64,000 nt of DNA from NCBI GenBank assembly GCA_964187785.1, contig OZ076409.1, forward strand, positions 45,386,001 to 45,450,000, written 5' to 3'. This document shows positions 40,301 through 52,300 of this stretch, one piece after another. Numbering within the stretch: the first letter of the stretch is position 1; each line of letters opens with the position of its first letter. The notes beneath the pieces are model-generated. The model saw only the letters and a list, made by a program, of their open reading frames with translations, was not told the DNA's origin and made no database searches. Source of the stretch: Amphiscolops sp. MND2022 (lineage: Eukaryota). A program made the translations under genes and the position numbers.

Positions 40301-41577
40301 CGCTCGATCACGTATAAGTTCAAATCTTTCGAGGTGAGAACTTATATCACTAATGCATTTCTGCACGTGACGCGTATTGTAACTTTTACCAAAAGTTAAC
40401 ATTCACTTGTTCTGATTTATTCATTTATACTAATGGTAACAAACATCATTTTGTTTGGTGTGTTTTAGACAATTCTGCATTCTCTGAAGTCCAGTCAAAT
40501 GTCGAGGGCGGCTTCCGATTATTCAATCAATTTTCGGTATTCATTTATAGCCAGCTCCAGAGTATCTTGCCTGATGCTACACTAGGCAGCGTTTCTGATT
40601 GGGATGGGTTCCTACAGTTGGATTTGAACCAGCCAGAACTCCCTTTCAAATCAGCAGATGAGTATGTCCTAAATGAGGATTTTCACCGACTTGTTGTCGC
40701 AAGCAAACTGCCGCGCCCAAGCAAATTTGTAGACCAGTCCATCGCGTTCGGGAAGGCCTTGTGTAAACAATTGATGGAACATGAGATCGTCAATTCTGGT
40801 CTCGTTAAGGGTTTGTCTGCCTTCGATCCTGCGGTAATTCTTGATGGACCCGAAAGCCACTACATCACTGCCATAGAGAAATTGTCTAGTCATTTCGTTT
40901 CTATGAAGCTGATTACTTCGAGTGACAAAGCGAAGGTGACAAGTCAATACCGTTCCTTTGCCATTAAACTGCGGTCCGAAGCAATCCCGGCTTATAGTGA
41001 TTGGATTCACTTCCTTTCAGCTCATCACGAGATCCAATGTCGACCTGAGTTGTTTCGTCTATATAAGCTCTCCTGTCTATGTTTGCCCCCTCTTGTAGAC
41101 ATACCTCCGGAATTCACTGTCCCAATGCCCAAGTTAGCTGTTGATGCGGAGATGTTTGATTCATGCCTTAGAAGTCTCCAAATGTCATATTCAACAGTTC
41201 CTCACGTGTCCAGTTTATACAAGGATCCGAAGTCCGTGTGCAGAGTCTTCCGCCTGTTGGGTCGTGGATCCGATCTACTAGTGGACAAAAAGTTTTCCGT
41301 CTGGAACTTCTTAAAAGGAAGTGGTCCTCGTCGGACTGCAATGTTGGGAAAAATGGAGGCTGAATACCGAAAGGCAGTTCTACATTACGACAGGCCAGTG
41401 GTCACTTCAAACACTACTACTCCCAGTGTTAGCCGGGCAAGTAGCACACACAGCACTCCATCTCCTGATTTGTCTTTGGGCAGAGTTAATGTGTCGCTTA
41501 GTCGCTGTGCTAATGTATCCCCAGAGGGTACTGTGAAGAAAAACAATACCAAAATTGTGAAGGGCAAGAAAAACTAG
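37309..41577 (+). CDS. E3 antisense spliced gene: Ser/Pro-rich N-terminus, ZnF, degenerate hAT-transposase-like body
   Basis: Introns 39007-39081, 39568-39632, 39768-39853 and 39936-40468 join ORFs in frame. ZnF is WWCRVC..LMSHYRSESH; C-terminus has W..F....RPELFRLYKLSCLCLP. The 5' exons (37309-37423, 37702 onward) are tentative, with a frame break near 37855. Confidence 0.8.
40201..40303. repeat. 33-bp tandem repeat x3 carrying the E3 dyad, inside an intron
   Basis: ccgcatagtgacgcatagtcgccacagcttgtt repeated. Confidence 0.9.
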
Positions 41578-41800
41578 TCCTTTGTTGTTGTTTGTATCTT
41601 CTTAAACTGTCTTTATTACTTCTTTGTTTGTATAATCCTTTGATGTTTGGTTGTATTTATTCTAGCATTATTTATTCTGTTAGCAGAAAAAGAGAAGTCC
41701 AAAAACTATGCGTTATAACGCATGACTAAGAAGGAAGATAAAAAGATTTCTCTGCAAGTGTTTTCTAGTATGTGATTGAGTTGAAGTTTAGAAGTTGTTT

Positions 41801-44800
41801 TTAATATCTGTATGTGTCAGAGTAGTTTGGGTTGGGATTAGGGCGTAAGTTGTACTTTTCACCACGGGTATTTATGGGTTCTTCTTGCGATGGGGTATTT
41901 TGGGTATTTTCTGGGGTTTTCTGAATATCATTGTCTGTTGAAGTATTTGTATCTTTTTGGGTTTTTTGGGTATTATTATCATTTTCTTCATTTACTTGTT
42001 GTGGAGTTTCGTCATCATGATTTTCATGGTTTTGATCTTGTTCAGTGGTCTGTTCCACTGGGCTCCCCCCACTATTTTTTGAAATTTCGAGGGAGGGAGG
42101 GTGGTTATTTTCGGGTGCTGTAATGGGCAGGTATTCAATATCTTCGATATTTTGTGAGTACTCTGGAGGGTTGTCCTCAAACGGGTTGGGGCCGAAATTT
42201 GTATTCCAAGATTGAGCATATAGATCATCTTGCGTTATCGGCAGTTGGTCATCTTTCTGCCAATCAGTTTCTCGTACGAAAATGTCTGCGAGGGGAGCTT
42301 GGGGGGTAAACTTCCTCAAGCGAATTCGATGCAGAAGTTGCGTCTTGTTAGTTCCTAAGCGTCTAACTATGTAGTTATTGTTAGGGAGGACTTTTTCAAC
42401 TTTATATGGACCTTGCCATCTAAATTCTCGAAAAGGTATCTTTGTTGCCTGGGTATCCGCCTTCGGGTTTAGGACGTAACAATAATCCGTTGTTTCAAGT
42501 GGTGATGCCTTTGCTTTCCTATCATAATATGCTTTGTATTTGAGATAGGATTGCATTATGTTCTTTTTGGTTTGGTCAAGCAGTATTTTCATTCTTCTTT
42601 GTACTTCCTCTGCTACATCTGTATGTGGTAGGTATTTTGGGTTAGGGTTGTATCCAAGCTTGTAATCGAGTATGTTATGGGGTAATCGCCCATGAAATAC
42701 TCGTGAAGGCTCACAACCCAGTGTTGCATGGTAAGTAGTGTTGTGGTTTAAGACTGCTAGCGGGAGAAACCTATGCCAATTGTTTCGAAATTCCCCCGTG
42801 GCAGCTTTAAGATGCGTTTTCACTGATGCATGAGTTCTCTCTAGGATTCCAATGGTTTGAGCGTGTTTCATCGTTGCATGCTTGAGCTCAATTCCTAGAA
42901 CTGCGGCTACTTCATGTGTGACTTGGGCATTAAATTGGGTGCCCAAATCCGTAATGATTGTGGTTGGTAGATATGTGTGTTTGCAGAGGATATCCATTAT
43001 TACTCGGGCTACAGCAGAAGCTGTAATGCGTGTTACTGGGTATGCAAACAAATATCTTGAAAAAACGTCTATCGCTGTGATTATGTGGTCATAGCCTCCA
43101 CTTGGAGGGAGATTGGGTAGGATGTCCATTTGAAGAATGTCTTCTGGACCAAGGTCCCATTCTGGACAGTTGAGAAGTTCAGTTCTGAGAAGATCATTGT
43201 TGATCCGTTTGGTTTGTATGCAAGTTTGGCAATTGGTGACCCATTTTTTGATGTATTTAGCGATACATGGGTAATAGTACTTTTGTCGGGCTTCTTGAAT
43301 CATCTTCGTAATACCTGGATGGTTTGAGTTGTGACCATGTAGGGCTTGAAGAAATTCTTCTAGAAGTTGAGCCGGAAGTAGTATCTGGTAATGTGAGGTG
43401 GTCCCCGTGTCGGTATAGTACCTGCGGGTGAGAACTTCTTGTTTGATTTCAATTCTAGCAATATTTTGAAGATAATGGTGGTATCTATAGTCAGATGCCA
43501 ACTCGTGTTCATCAAAAGGATGTCCTTCTATTTTTGCTCGTAAATTTCTGAGTACAATATCGTTGTTTTGTTCTAAACGAATCTTCGCATTGTCTCGGAA
43601 GTGACCTTCCGAACAAGTGTTTAAACCAGAAGTAGGTTTATGGAATTGTTGGAGTTCGGTTATGTTATTTTCTGGTTCATTGTGTGTCTCGTTTTGAGCT
43701 TGGTCTCGGATGTTCTGCTTCTCTTGCCATAATTGGTTTTCATCTAGTTCATCATCGGGGAGGATGTAAATCTGCTCTTCTTCTACGATCCCTGATGATT
43801 GTATGTTGACTTCAATTGCTTTGGTGTTGATGTCATTTCGAATTGTCAGTTCAAGTTTTTCAACTGGATTGACTTCGGTGCGTGAGAGGAAGTCAGCTGC
43901 AGTGTTCATTGATCCCGCAACGTGGGCGATTACAAAATTATATTGTAAAACATAATCGCATGCATTCCAAAGTGCCGGTGGGATAAGTTTTGCTTGAAAA
44001 AATCGGGTTACTGATCTGTTATCGGTGAACACAATTACAGGGAATGTGCTTCCCTACATGAGGTGTCCAAATTCAACAAAGGCAAAATATATGGAAAGGA
44101 ATTCCTTGGCATATATAGACATTTTTGTTTGTGTCGGGTTAAAAGTTTTGGAACCAAATGCTATGGGAGCGTATGTTTTGCGTTTTGATTGCAGTTTTTG
44201 GTTCGGGTCGTCTTCTATCATAATGGCATATCCCGCAGCAGTAAAGCTGGCATCGGACATGATTATGAGCTGTTTGTCTTTGAGGGGTTGTTTCAATGCC
44301 AATTGGCATGAATTTTCGAGGAGTTTATTGAGGTTGATGAAATCCTCTACTAAGTTTGTTGGCACATAGAATTTGGATGTTTCCTTGAGAAGTTTAAAGA
44401 ACGGAGACAGCCGTTCTGAGAGTCGTGGAATGTAGTTGCGATAGTAGTTTAGGAAACCTATATATCGCTGGAGGGCTTTTTTGGATTTAGGAAATCTGAG
44501 TTTAGACAGAAAGTTTTTGACTTTTTCTGCTTGCGGGGCGACTCCTTCAGGTGTGATTGTGCGTCCCAAGAAGTCAACTTGTTTGACGCCAAAGTGGCAT
44601 TTGGACATCGTAAGTTTGAGGCCAGCATTTCTGATGCATTCGAACACTGTTCTGATGTTGGCGCATAGTTGCTGGGCATTATTTGCAGCGATGCCAATGT
44701 CATCCACGTATTGGGCGCACTGGTCTGCTTTGATTGCTTTATCTAGGTACTCTCTCATGAAACTAGAAAATGCTGAGAGAGATCTGCTTAGGCCTTGCGC

Positions 44801-46708
44801 TAGTCGCCTATAAGCGAAGGTTCGGCTGGCAAAGTTAAAAGCGAGCATTTGTATGGATTGGTAGTCCGCCATTTGTAGGCAGTGGTAAGCCTGTGAGCAG
44901 TCCAATTTGCAGAAAAGCTTTTTCCCTGCCATATGTTGCGCTGCGTTGGACAATGTGCTTACCGGGTGGTTGTTATTTGTATAGTCTTCGGTTATCAAAT
45001 TGTTGATTTTCCTGAGGTCAACAAGAAGTCTAAGGCGTCCATTTGGTTTGCGTTGAGCAAAAATTGGACTAGCATATTTGGAGAAGGGTAATGTTGTTAT
45101 GATGCCGTATTTGTGTAGAAGGGCAAGTTCTACTGTAATGTCGTCTTTAAGGTTGATTGGAGTTGGCAGACTTTGGCTGTACGCTGGTCTGTCATCATTG
45201 GGTGTGAGTTTTACCTTGAATTCCCGATTTGTGCAAATGTCGAAGCGATGACGAGCAAAAATGTCATGGAAGTCAATGAGAATTTCTTCAATATGCTGAC
45301 GTTCTGCTTGGCTGAGTGTCGTATCGGACCAGTCAAAATTGGAAAGGAATGTTTTACGCGATTCTTCATTGTCTTGGGGGTTCAACTTTTCAAGTCGTTG
45401 CAACTCGAGTAGTTCGTCATATATTCGTTGTTGAATTGGGGTGTAGGTTGTAGGATCGCCTGGCTCCTCTGGAGTTGGGAACCAGTAGGTTTCTTGTTCT
45501 TGATTCTGTGGAGGAACTTTCAAGAGTTCATGTAAGTAGATTTCCGATGTATCGTCATGTTGCATCATGAACGATAGTATGGTTGGGTCTACTGGTTGTA
45601 TGTATTTGATTTGTTCTGGCGTCAGTATTTTGAAGTCCGCCAGGTGAGTGTCAAGGGGAATTGTGTATGGTAGTTCAGAAAAATTAATGATTTGGTACCC
45701 GATAGCATTATTGTTAACCGTGCTGAGTGACGATGTGATGAAGATGCTATCGTGTTGTTCAAATTGTTGGGATGGGGTTACAACTCCTGTTGCATCATGG
45801 TCCATGAGGTGAGGCATTCTGCTGGCTATGGCGAGGGTTTCGCCAGGTTGTAGAGTATAAGTGTTTTCTGCTAACAGTGGAGTTGCCTGACGCATAGTTA
45901 TTTGCGTATCAGGTTTAAGTTGCATTGAAAGATATGGAAATGTCAGGATGCCTTGAGTGACATCGAAGATGGCATTGTTCCGACGTAGGAAACAAAGGCC
46001 AATTAATGGGTTCGGTAAATTTTTCATGATGATGAAATTTTCTCTTAGCATAAAGTCAGCCACTTCGAATTCTAGTAAGACAGTGCCAATTGGGACTTCT
46101 AATTGTCCGTTGGCCACCATGATTTGAAAATTTGGCGGTGGGCCAGTTTCTCGGATTGCATCATTTGCTAACAATTTAATTTTGTTGAGATCCTGTTCGG
46201 AAATTGCACTCGTTAGGGCTCCTGTGTCTATGAGTCCGTCGAGAGTTAATTTTTCGAAGTCCATAGGCATGTAGTACATGTGGCGTTTACGCTTTAGTGT
46301 AAGAGAGGTTGATATTGGAAGGTATGATAGGTTTCGTTCCTTATCGAACTGTATATGTTCGGTGAGGTCATCATCAAGAAGAGGTTGCTTTTGTTCGTTG
46401 CAAGAAGAAATCGGTGGTTGTGGTTGTATCGTGGTGGTTTTATGTTGGGTTTGTGATGTTGGGTCGATTTGGGGTTGGTTTTGTGGTGTGGGTTGTTCGA
46501 AGTAGTTATCTGGTGCATCTCTCAAGAGTTCATAGTATTGATCTGGAGAGGTGTTCGGAGTTTCAGATGGTTCAGGAGTTGGAGGAGTAGAGTCAGGTTC
46601 AGTAGTTAGTCGTTTGAGTTGAATGTCTATGGTTTCCACTTGATGCTGCCAGTCATCTTGTGGTTTTATTGCGGCGTTGTTGTTAAGGCGTGGCGTTTCT
46701 AGTTTAAA
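41801..46708 (-). CDS. pol: E3 pol: protease, dUTPase-like insert, RT, RNase H, integrase; one in-frame TAG at 44054-44056
   Basis: LIDTGA; YVDD; SDASFTAAG; HPG..CQTC; QMDIL/ITDLG/LERTH; WQGPY; YNLRPNP. Confidence 0.95.
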
Positions 46709-48385
46709 TCCTTCGATGAGGATTGTTGGAGTCGTTCCATTTTGGGTTTGATGTGCTTTTTGGCTTGTTTGTAGTTCTCAATAATCTTTTTCTGGGCTTC
46801 TGTGAGGTTCCATTTAGGTGGGCGATTTTCCATGTTTTCGCCAAAATAGCAATTTTCTTCAGTGTGTCCTGGTGTGTTACAATTTTCACATTTGTCCGCT
46901 TCCGGATCTTCCTGAAGTTTGCGTCGCTTGGCTAGTTTTGGGCAATCGTTCATCATATGGCCCTCTTCTTTGCAATAACGACATTGGGTGTCTTTAAGGG
47001 TCTTGTTTGGGACTGATTTTGGCGTTTGTGTTTTGAGTTTATCAGGTTGTTTTTTTGTTGGTTTTTTCTGTCTTTTGTTCTTTTTTGGTTGCGGTCATCT
47101 GTGTTTTGACCATGGATTCATCGGATTCCAATCCGTTTAGTTCCATCTCTCGTTCGAGATGTTTGACGATTTGGTTATAGGTGCCATTTTCAAGGTATGC
47201 TTGATTAATGGACTTTTTGAGGTGGGGGGGCATCTTAGCATAAAGTAAATTCTCTATCATTTGATGCGCATTAACCCCAAACGCTTTTTCGGCACTTTCT
47301 TCGAGTTCTTCGAGGAAATCTGGGAGTTTTTGGTTTTCGGGGTCAAAGATGAGTCTATTGAATCTGTGTTTGGCAGATGCGCTGGACTCCGGTTTTACGT
47401 ATTTTCGTCGGAAAACTTTGAGAATGTCTTCTAATGTTGTTGTGGGCGTTCTTTGTATGTTTTTGAACGTTTTCAGTGCCAGGCCTCTCAGGTGGGCGTG
47501 GAAATGATTGATTTTCATGTCTTCTGTAAGATTCGGTTGCATTCTGAGTGTTGTGTGGAACAAGTCCTCAAAATACTCAAATTTTTCATTTTTCTCGTTT
47601 TTTCCATTAAATGTGAGTGTGTTTTTTGGGTGGAAGAATGTTTGTGATTCGTTTTTGTTTGCTAATTTTTCTATTGCCAGGGCAATTTGATTGACTGGGT
47701 CAAGGGGTGTTGCAGATGAAGTTGTTGTGTTCTGGGCTGCGTGGGATCCTGTTGTGTCGTTTAAAGACTGTGGGTTTTGCGAACTCTGTCTATGGAGTTG
47801 TCGGTTAGCTCCTGTCACCATGTGATAATCCTCTATTAAGTCTGCGTCAGATTCTTCGTCTGAGTGTATTGTTACATCTACATCTGATTCAGCCCGAAAC
47901 ATAGGTTTAGCAGGATGTCTCAAGTCTTTCATTTTAGAAGCTCTTAGAGGATGATCTTCATTTTCTGAATCTGAATTTTCGTTTAAAGATGCGTGAACTC
48001 CTATAGACCTATCTCCGGATCCCGACGGCTGAGTGTTCTGTGTTTCATTTGTTTCCGATCTTGGATTTGTGATTGTAGATGTGTTTTTGTTGGTTTTGAT
48101 TTCTTTTAAGATCGCTTCAAACTTGCTATCGATTTCTTCTCTCATTTTTCCTATTCTGTCGTTGTTTCTTTTCTCCATTTCTTGTGTCCAAACATGAATC
48201 TCATTACTGATTAGACTGGGTTCAGTTAATTGATTTTCCAAGATGTTAGGACCTAAATTTTCTTGATCAACTAAGTTAGAATTAGTTAAAGTCGTATTAC
48301 CTGGGTTTGGAGTCTCTACATTCTCCTCTCTGCTTGGAGAAGGAGTTTCCAACCTTCTAGACCTTCTACTTCTCTTGTTTCCCAT
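46699..48385 (-). CDS. gag: E3 gag; starts inside the LTR (MGNKRS); 1-bp frameshift in the homopolymer near 47050
   Basis: Reads through the LTR end and PBS (EDYH-MVTG); capsid-like region; knuckles CRYCKEEGHMMNDC and CENCNTPGHTEENC. Confidence 0.9.
46702..46708 (-). other. -1 frameshift slippery site T TTA AAC
   Basis: Directly before the gag TAG; the -1 frame is open into pol. Confidence 0.85.
47809..47820 (-). other. E3 primer-binding site TGGTGACAGGAG
   Basis: Abuts the 5' LTR; identical to the E2 PBS. Confidence 0.85.
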
Positions 48386-49308
48386 TCTGCTCAAGTGAAA
48401 ATGTATTTCGGTTGCTGGGGAAGAATTTCAATTATCTTTCGGTATCTCAAACCCAAAGAAGGATCAATATAGTCAAGAGAAAAGTTTCGCAAAAGACAGA
48501 AAGGTTTACAGCAACTGTTTTGCACAAGGTAGAATTGATGAATGACTGATTCCCAACACTAGAAACTCCAGAAAATTAAAAGCATGACACCCCTTTTTAT
48601 CGCAATCATCATCAGAAAAATATAAAGATAGAATTTCATCATCATGACATCAGGTTATATATATCTCAGTTACATGACTTTCAGAAGAATAAACAGGACC
48701 CTAGAAGGCCTGGAAACAGCACAAAATGACGTATGAAGTTGTGTTAGTGGTTGGAATTCTCAATACATTGAAATGATATAATGAATGAACAATTAAAGCG
48801 AAAAACGTACAGTAACGAGTATACGCTACTTCTCGAACCGCGTAATGCCGCATAGTAAAAAGTGCATAGTGACGAGTATACATTATGCTTTAATCCGTAG
48901 GATGCCGCATAATCCAATTACGAAAAACGCATACTTGCGAGTAGTCAACATATCTCAAAACGCATAATGACGTATAGTCATTAGCACATATGATCATCTG
49001 ATGACGTCATATCTTAAAAGCAATATCAAATGGAAGCCAATTAGTCATTCAATGTGATTTTTGGGTATAAATCTCTAAGTTTTGGCTACGTATGACTCTC
49101 CTATCGCTCGCAAACAACTTCATTTATGAAAAGCATCATTAAAAATATTTGCATGACTATGGCAAATTAACAAATAAAGTTTTGCAAGGTGTTTGTTCAA
49201 GTTCTTCAAAGTCTATTTACGATGATTTCTGGGTGTTGATATTGTCGCTGCTCACATTCATCTCTCATTGCTGCACCACGGGTCCAGTACAGCTGTATGG
49301 CTGGAACA
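47821..49308 (-). repeat. E3 5' LTR (1488 bp)
   Basis: Direct repeat of 33413-34900; TATA-like run at about 48656; CG-dyad cluster at about 48800-48980. Confidence 0.95.
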
Positions 49309-52300
49309 ATGCATTTCAAACTTTTCACGCTAATTGAAATGTTTTTAAGATGAACCAAACATTTAATAATACTATAATAGTTGCTACAACTCTAGAAAAG
49401 GCACTTTTATAACTAGTTCAGTTTTTAAGGCCGAAATTCAATGTTTTATTCACAAATGAGTTCGAGTCCCAACTTTCTAAGGTTTTTTTGAAGAAAGTTT
49501 TACGTCTCGTCATGTTAATGGAAGTCACAGCGTGGCAAATCATTTCAAGGAAGTAACGGATTCTCTGAAACACAATAAACGATAATTAGTCATTGCCATT
49601 TTTTGACGAATTTTTCCTAAAATTTTGCAGTTTGAAGAAATAATCCTACCCAATTTGTGTCATTGACTTATGTAAAAAGACTTACACTATCTATGTTAAT
49701 GTCAACACCCTAACTAACGTACTGTAGATAATGAGTCATTAGAGTTAGTTTCAAAAATGTCGGATTTTTTGAACTGTAAATGCTGAAAACTTTTTTCCTC
49801 AATTTTGAGAACGAATTTTTAGTGTTTTCTGATATTATGATTCAAATTTTTAATTGAAGTTGGTGAACTGATTGATACCTACCGAAAATACAAATGAGAG
49901 ACCTCTGAATAGTTGCAGAAATTCAGGGGATTGATCACGTACATGCAGGAAATAAAAGCTTTTCAGAAATTTGGTAATCGGGTTCGATAATAATTATCTT
50001 CATTTTAAAATTTTTTCACACATTATCATTGTTAGTTTGAACGAAGTTTAAGCACTCACGTTGTTGAAAAAAAAGTTATTCTCTTATTTTGGATGAACAG
50101 ATTCGTTTTCCACAACAGAATGTCTTTTGATGCAGACCTGTTTTTCGGTCTATGGAAGAGCTTCAGTTGAAATTTATTTCGTTGAAACTTTTATTTTGAC
50201 ATTTCAATTTAAACATTCTAAGGATGAAAGGCTATTTTAAAACGAATAACTATGAAGTTATCAATACTAAGTTTGGATAGTCGCCTTAATGTTTTTTCGT
50301 AAACTTTACCTTGCTATGGCATTTTGATCATTTTGGGATTACAAGTTTTGACGGTTTTCTAACGGTTTGTTACCTAATTTTTACAAAAATTTGGATGAAA
50401 TATGATTTGTTTCGAAATCAATTGTTTTAATATCAAGGAACTGAAAGTTGTAGTTCAGGTTCTTGTCCTGTTGTGATTCCGTGCTAATTTTGTGGAACAT
50501 TTATGACGGAACTTTTTGCATATATTCTGGAAATCCTGGCATACACGTTTTCTGTTTCGTTCCCTAATGAGTATTTACTTCATTTTTTGTTGCTGAACTC
50601 AGTGGTACCACTTTAAATTTTTTGTTCTCCTAAAAATAACAGATCAATCCCCTAACGATTGAGGGATCTTCGTTTATTTGGAAGTATCTGGTCTTGGCGG
50701 AGTAGCATTCGTTATTTCCATTGTCTTTGAACAGAATCATGTAACCCAACAATGTGAAGAAATCCACTCGAGTCTTTTGAATTGAGCGGATGCAGTCGAA
50801 TGTTGAAGTCTGGAAAGTTTGGGCTGAAACATTACGTTACAATTAAGTTGTTATTTTGACATACCTCATTGAGTAAAACAAAATCCCCACAAACAGTTGA
50901 AAACAAAAACCGCTGTATTGAACATTATTGTTTCCATAAAACCGAATCATAGTTATCAGAGGGCAGCAATTTTACATGAAGACTACTACAATTTCAGTGA
51001 GACTGCGGGAGACGCATGTTATACCTGCCGTCATATTTTTAAAATTTTGTGCTTCTCGAGCCTTAGTTATAGCGCAGACATTCCGTTTTTTCTCAAACTA
51101 CCCAAGAAAGACTGTCATTGATTGCCCCTGTAGTTGGAGTGCTGCTTACCATGTGAATTATCATGAGATTTATCGGAACTTGTTCGAATCACACCAACAA
51201 GGAGAACACCTGGTATGCTGTAACCATATTCAGCAGGACATCTTCGTCGACCTGAAAAGTTAGCATAATGTTAGCACCAAGATATAAAACGTAGATTCTT
51301 TGATCTCAAACTACTGATTGTAAATGTTTGACCTCATGTGGTTCTTCAAAATGTATACCATGGTGCCAAAAAGCTGAACCCAGCTAAAACCACAAGCGAA
51401 AGTTATGAAAGCGCATTTGACGAAAAGTCTCATAAACAAAACTTTCAACATTTTACAACAACATTATTTGTATGGAAATCCGATAAGAATTTGAACAAGA
51501 CGCCCGCTGAGCAGCGAGATAATTTCAGCTTCTAACTGTTCTACAACTACATAATTTTGAGGCTCAAGAATGCCCTATAAAAACGCAAGAACTATTAAAG
51601 TAGTTCAAAGAAAAGAGCTTTGATTCATCTTAGTCCATTTTTTTAGGAAACACCTAATGATTCATTTCTGCGATAACAGGCCACTTTTCGTTCTGTTTCG
51701 ACACTATGCGACTTACCGAGTAAAGAGAAACTTTTCAGAAATTTTTTTCGAAAAAGATTTTTTAGAAACACTTTCTGCAACATTTAGTTTTCGAGGTTTT
51801 CTGTAAAAGAAATACGTTTCCCCGAGTCTTGAGGTGACTTCTATGTTACTTTTGATCATGTGGAACTGATAAGTTTTTTATTCGATTTGTGGAAAAAAAA
51901 ACCTCACTTCAATTTTTTTTCGGCTCTGTGCGTCTTTCAGAAACTTTCATTTGGTCGAAGGGTACGCCCTTACTTTCATAGCTGATTTCGGTTTGAGAAA
52001 AGTAGTTTTGTGAGCTGATCTTTGTTTCGCCATCATATACTTTTTTGGAGAAAAGTTTCACAAACTTTGATTTTTTTGTGATTCCTGTTGGGTAAACAGT
52101 GGTTTCCGAGCCTCAGGAGTATTTCTTGTGGTAATTTCTAGCACTGAGAAAATTAGGTCCTTTGCAAGCTCAAGAAACTTGCGGGGTCTCGGTATGTTAT
52201 ATTATTGCACATAGTTTCACCAGAAATGTCAAAAATTAGACATGTTTTTGACAACTTTGGGGTAAATTTGAGAAACTTTTCGTACATGATTCTACAGACG

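Larger units (their letters stand above)
33413..49308 (-). mobile_element. E3: full-length 15.9-kb Ty3/Gypsy LTR retrotransposon
   Basis: Two 1488-bp TG...CA LTRs, PBS, PPT, gag and pol. Flanks GCGCA and ATGCA match only 3 of 5. Confidence 0.95.

Noticed and set aside
40201..40303. CRISPR-like short repeats
   Set aside because: Head-to-tail tandem units without unique spacers, no cas genes, eukaryotic retroelement context.
37858..41577. Host gene or nested DNA-transposon insertion inside E3
   Set aside because: Homologues occupy the same position and orientation in three families, with no TIRs or TSD; it is an integral element gene.
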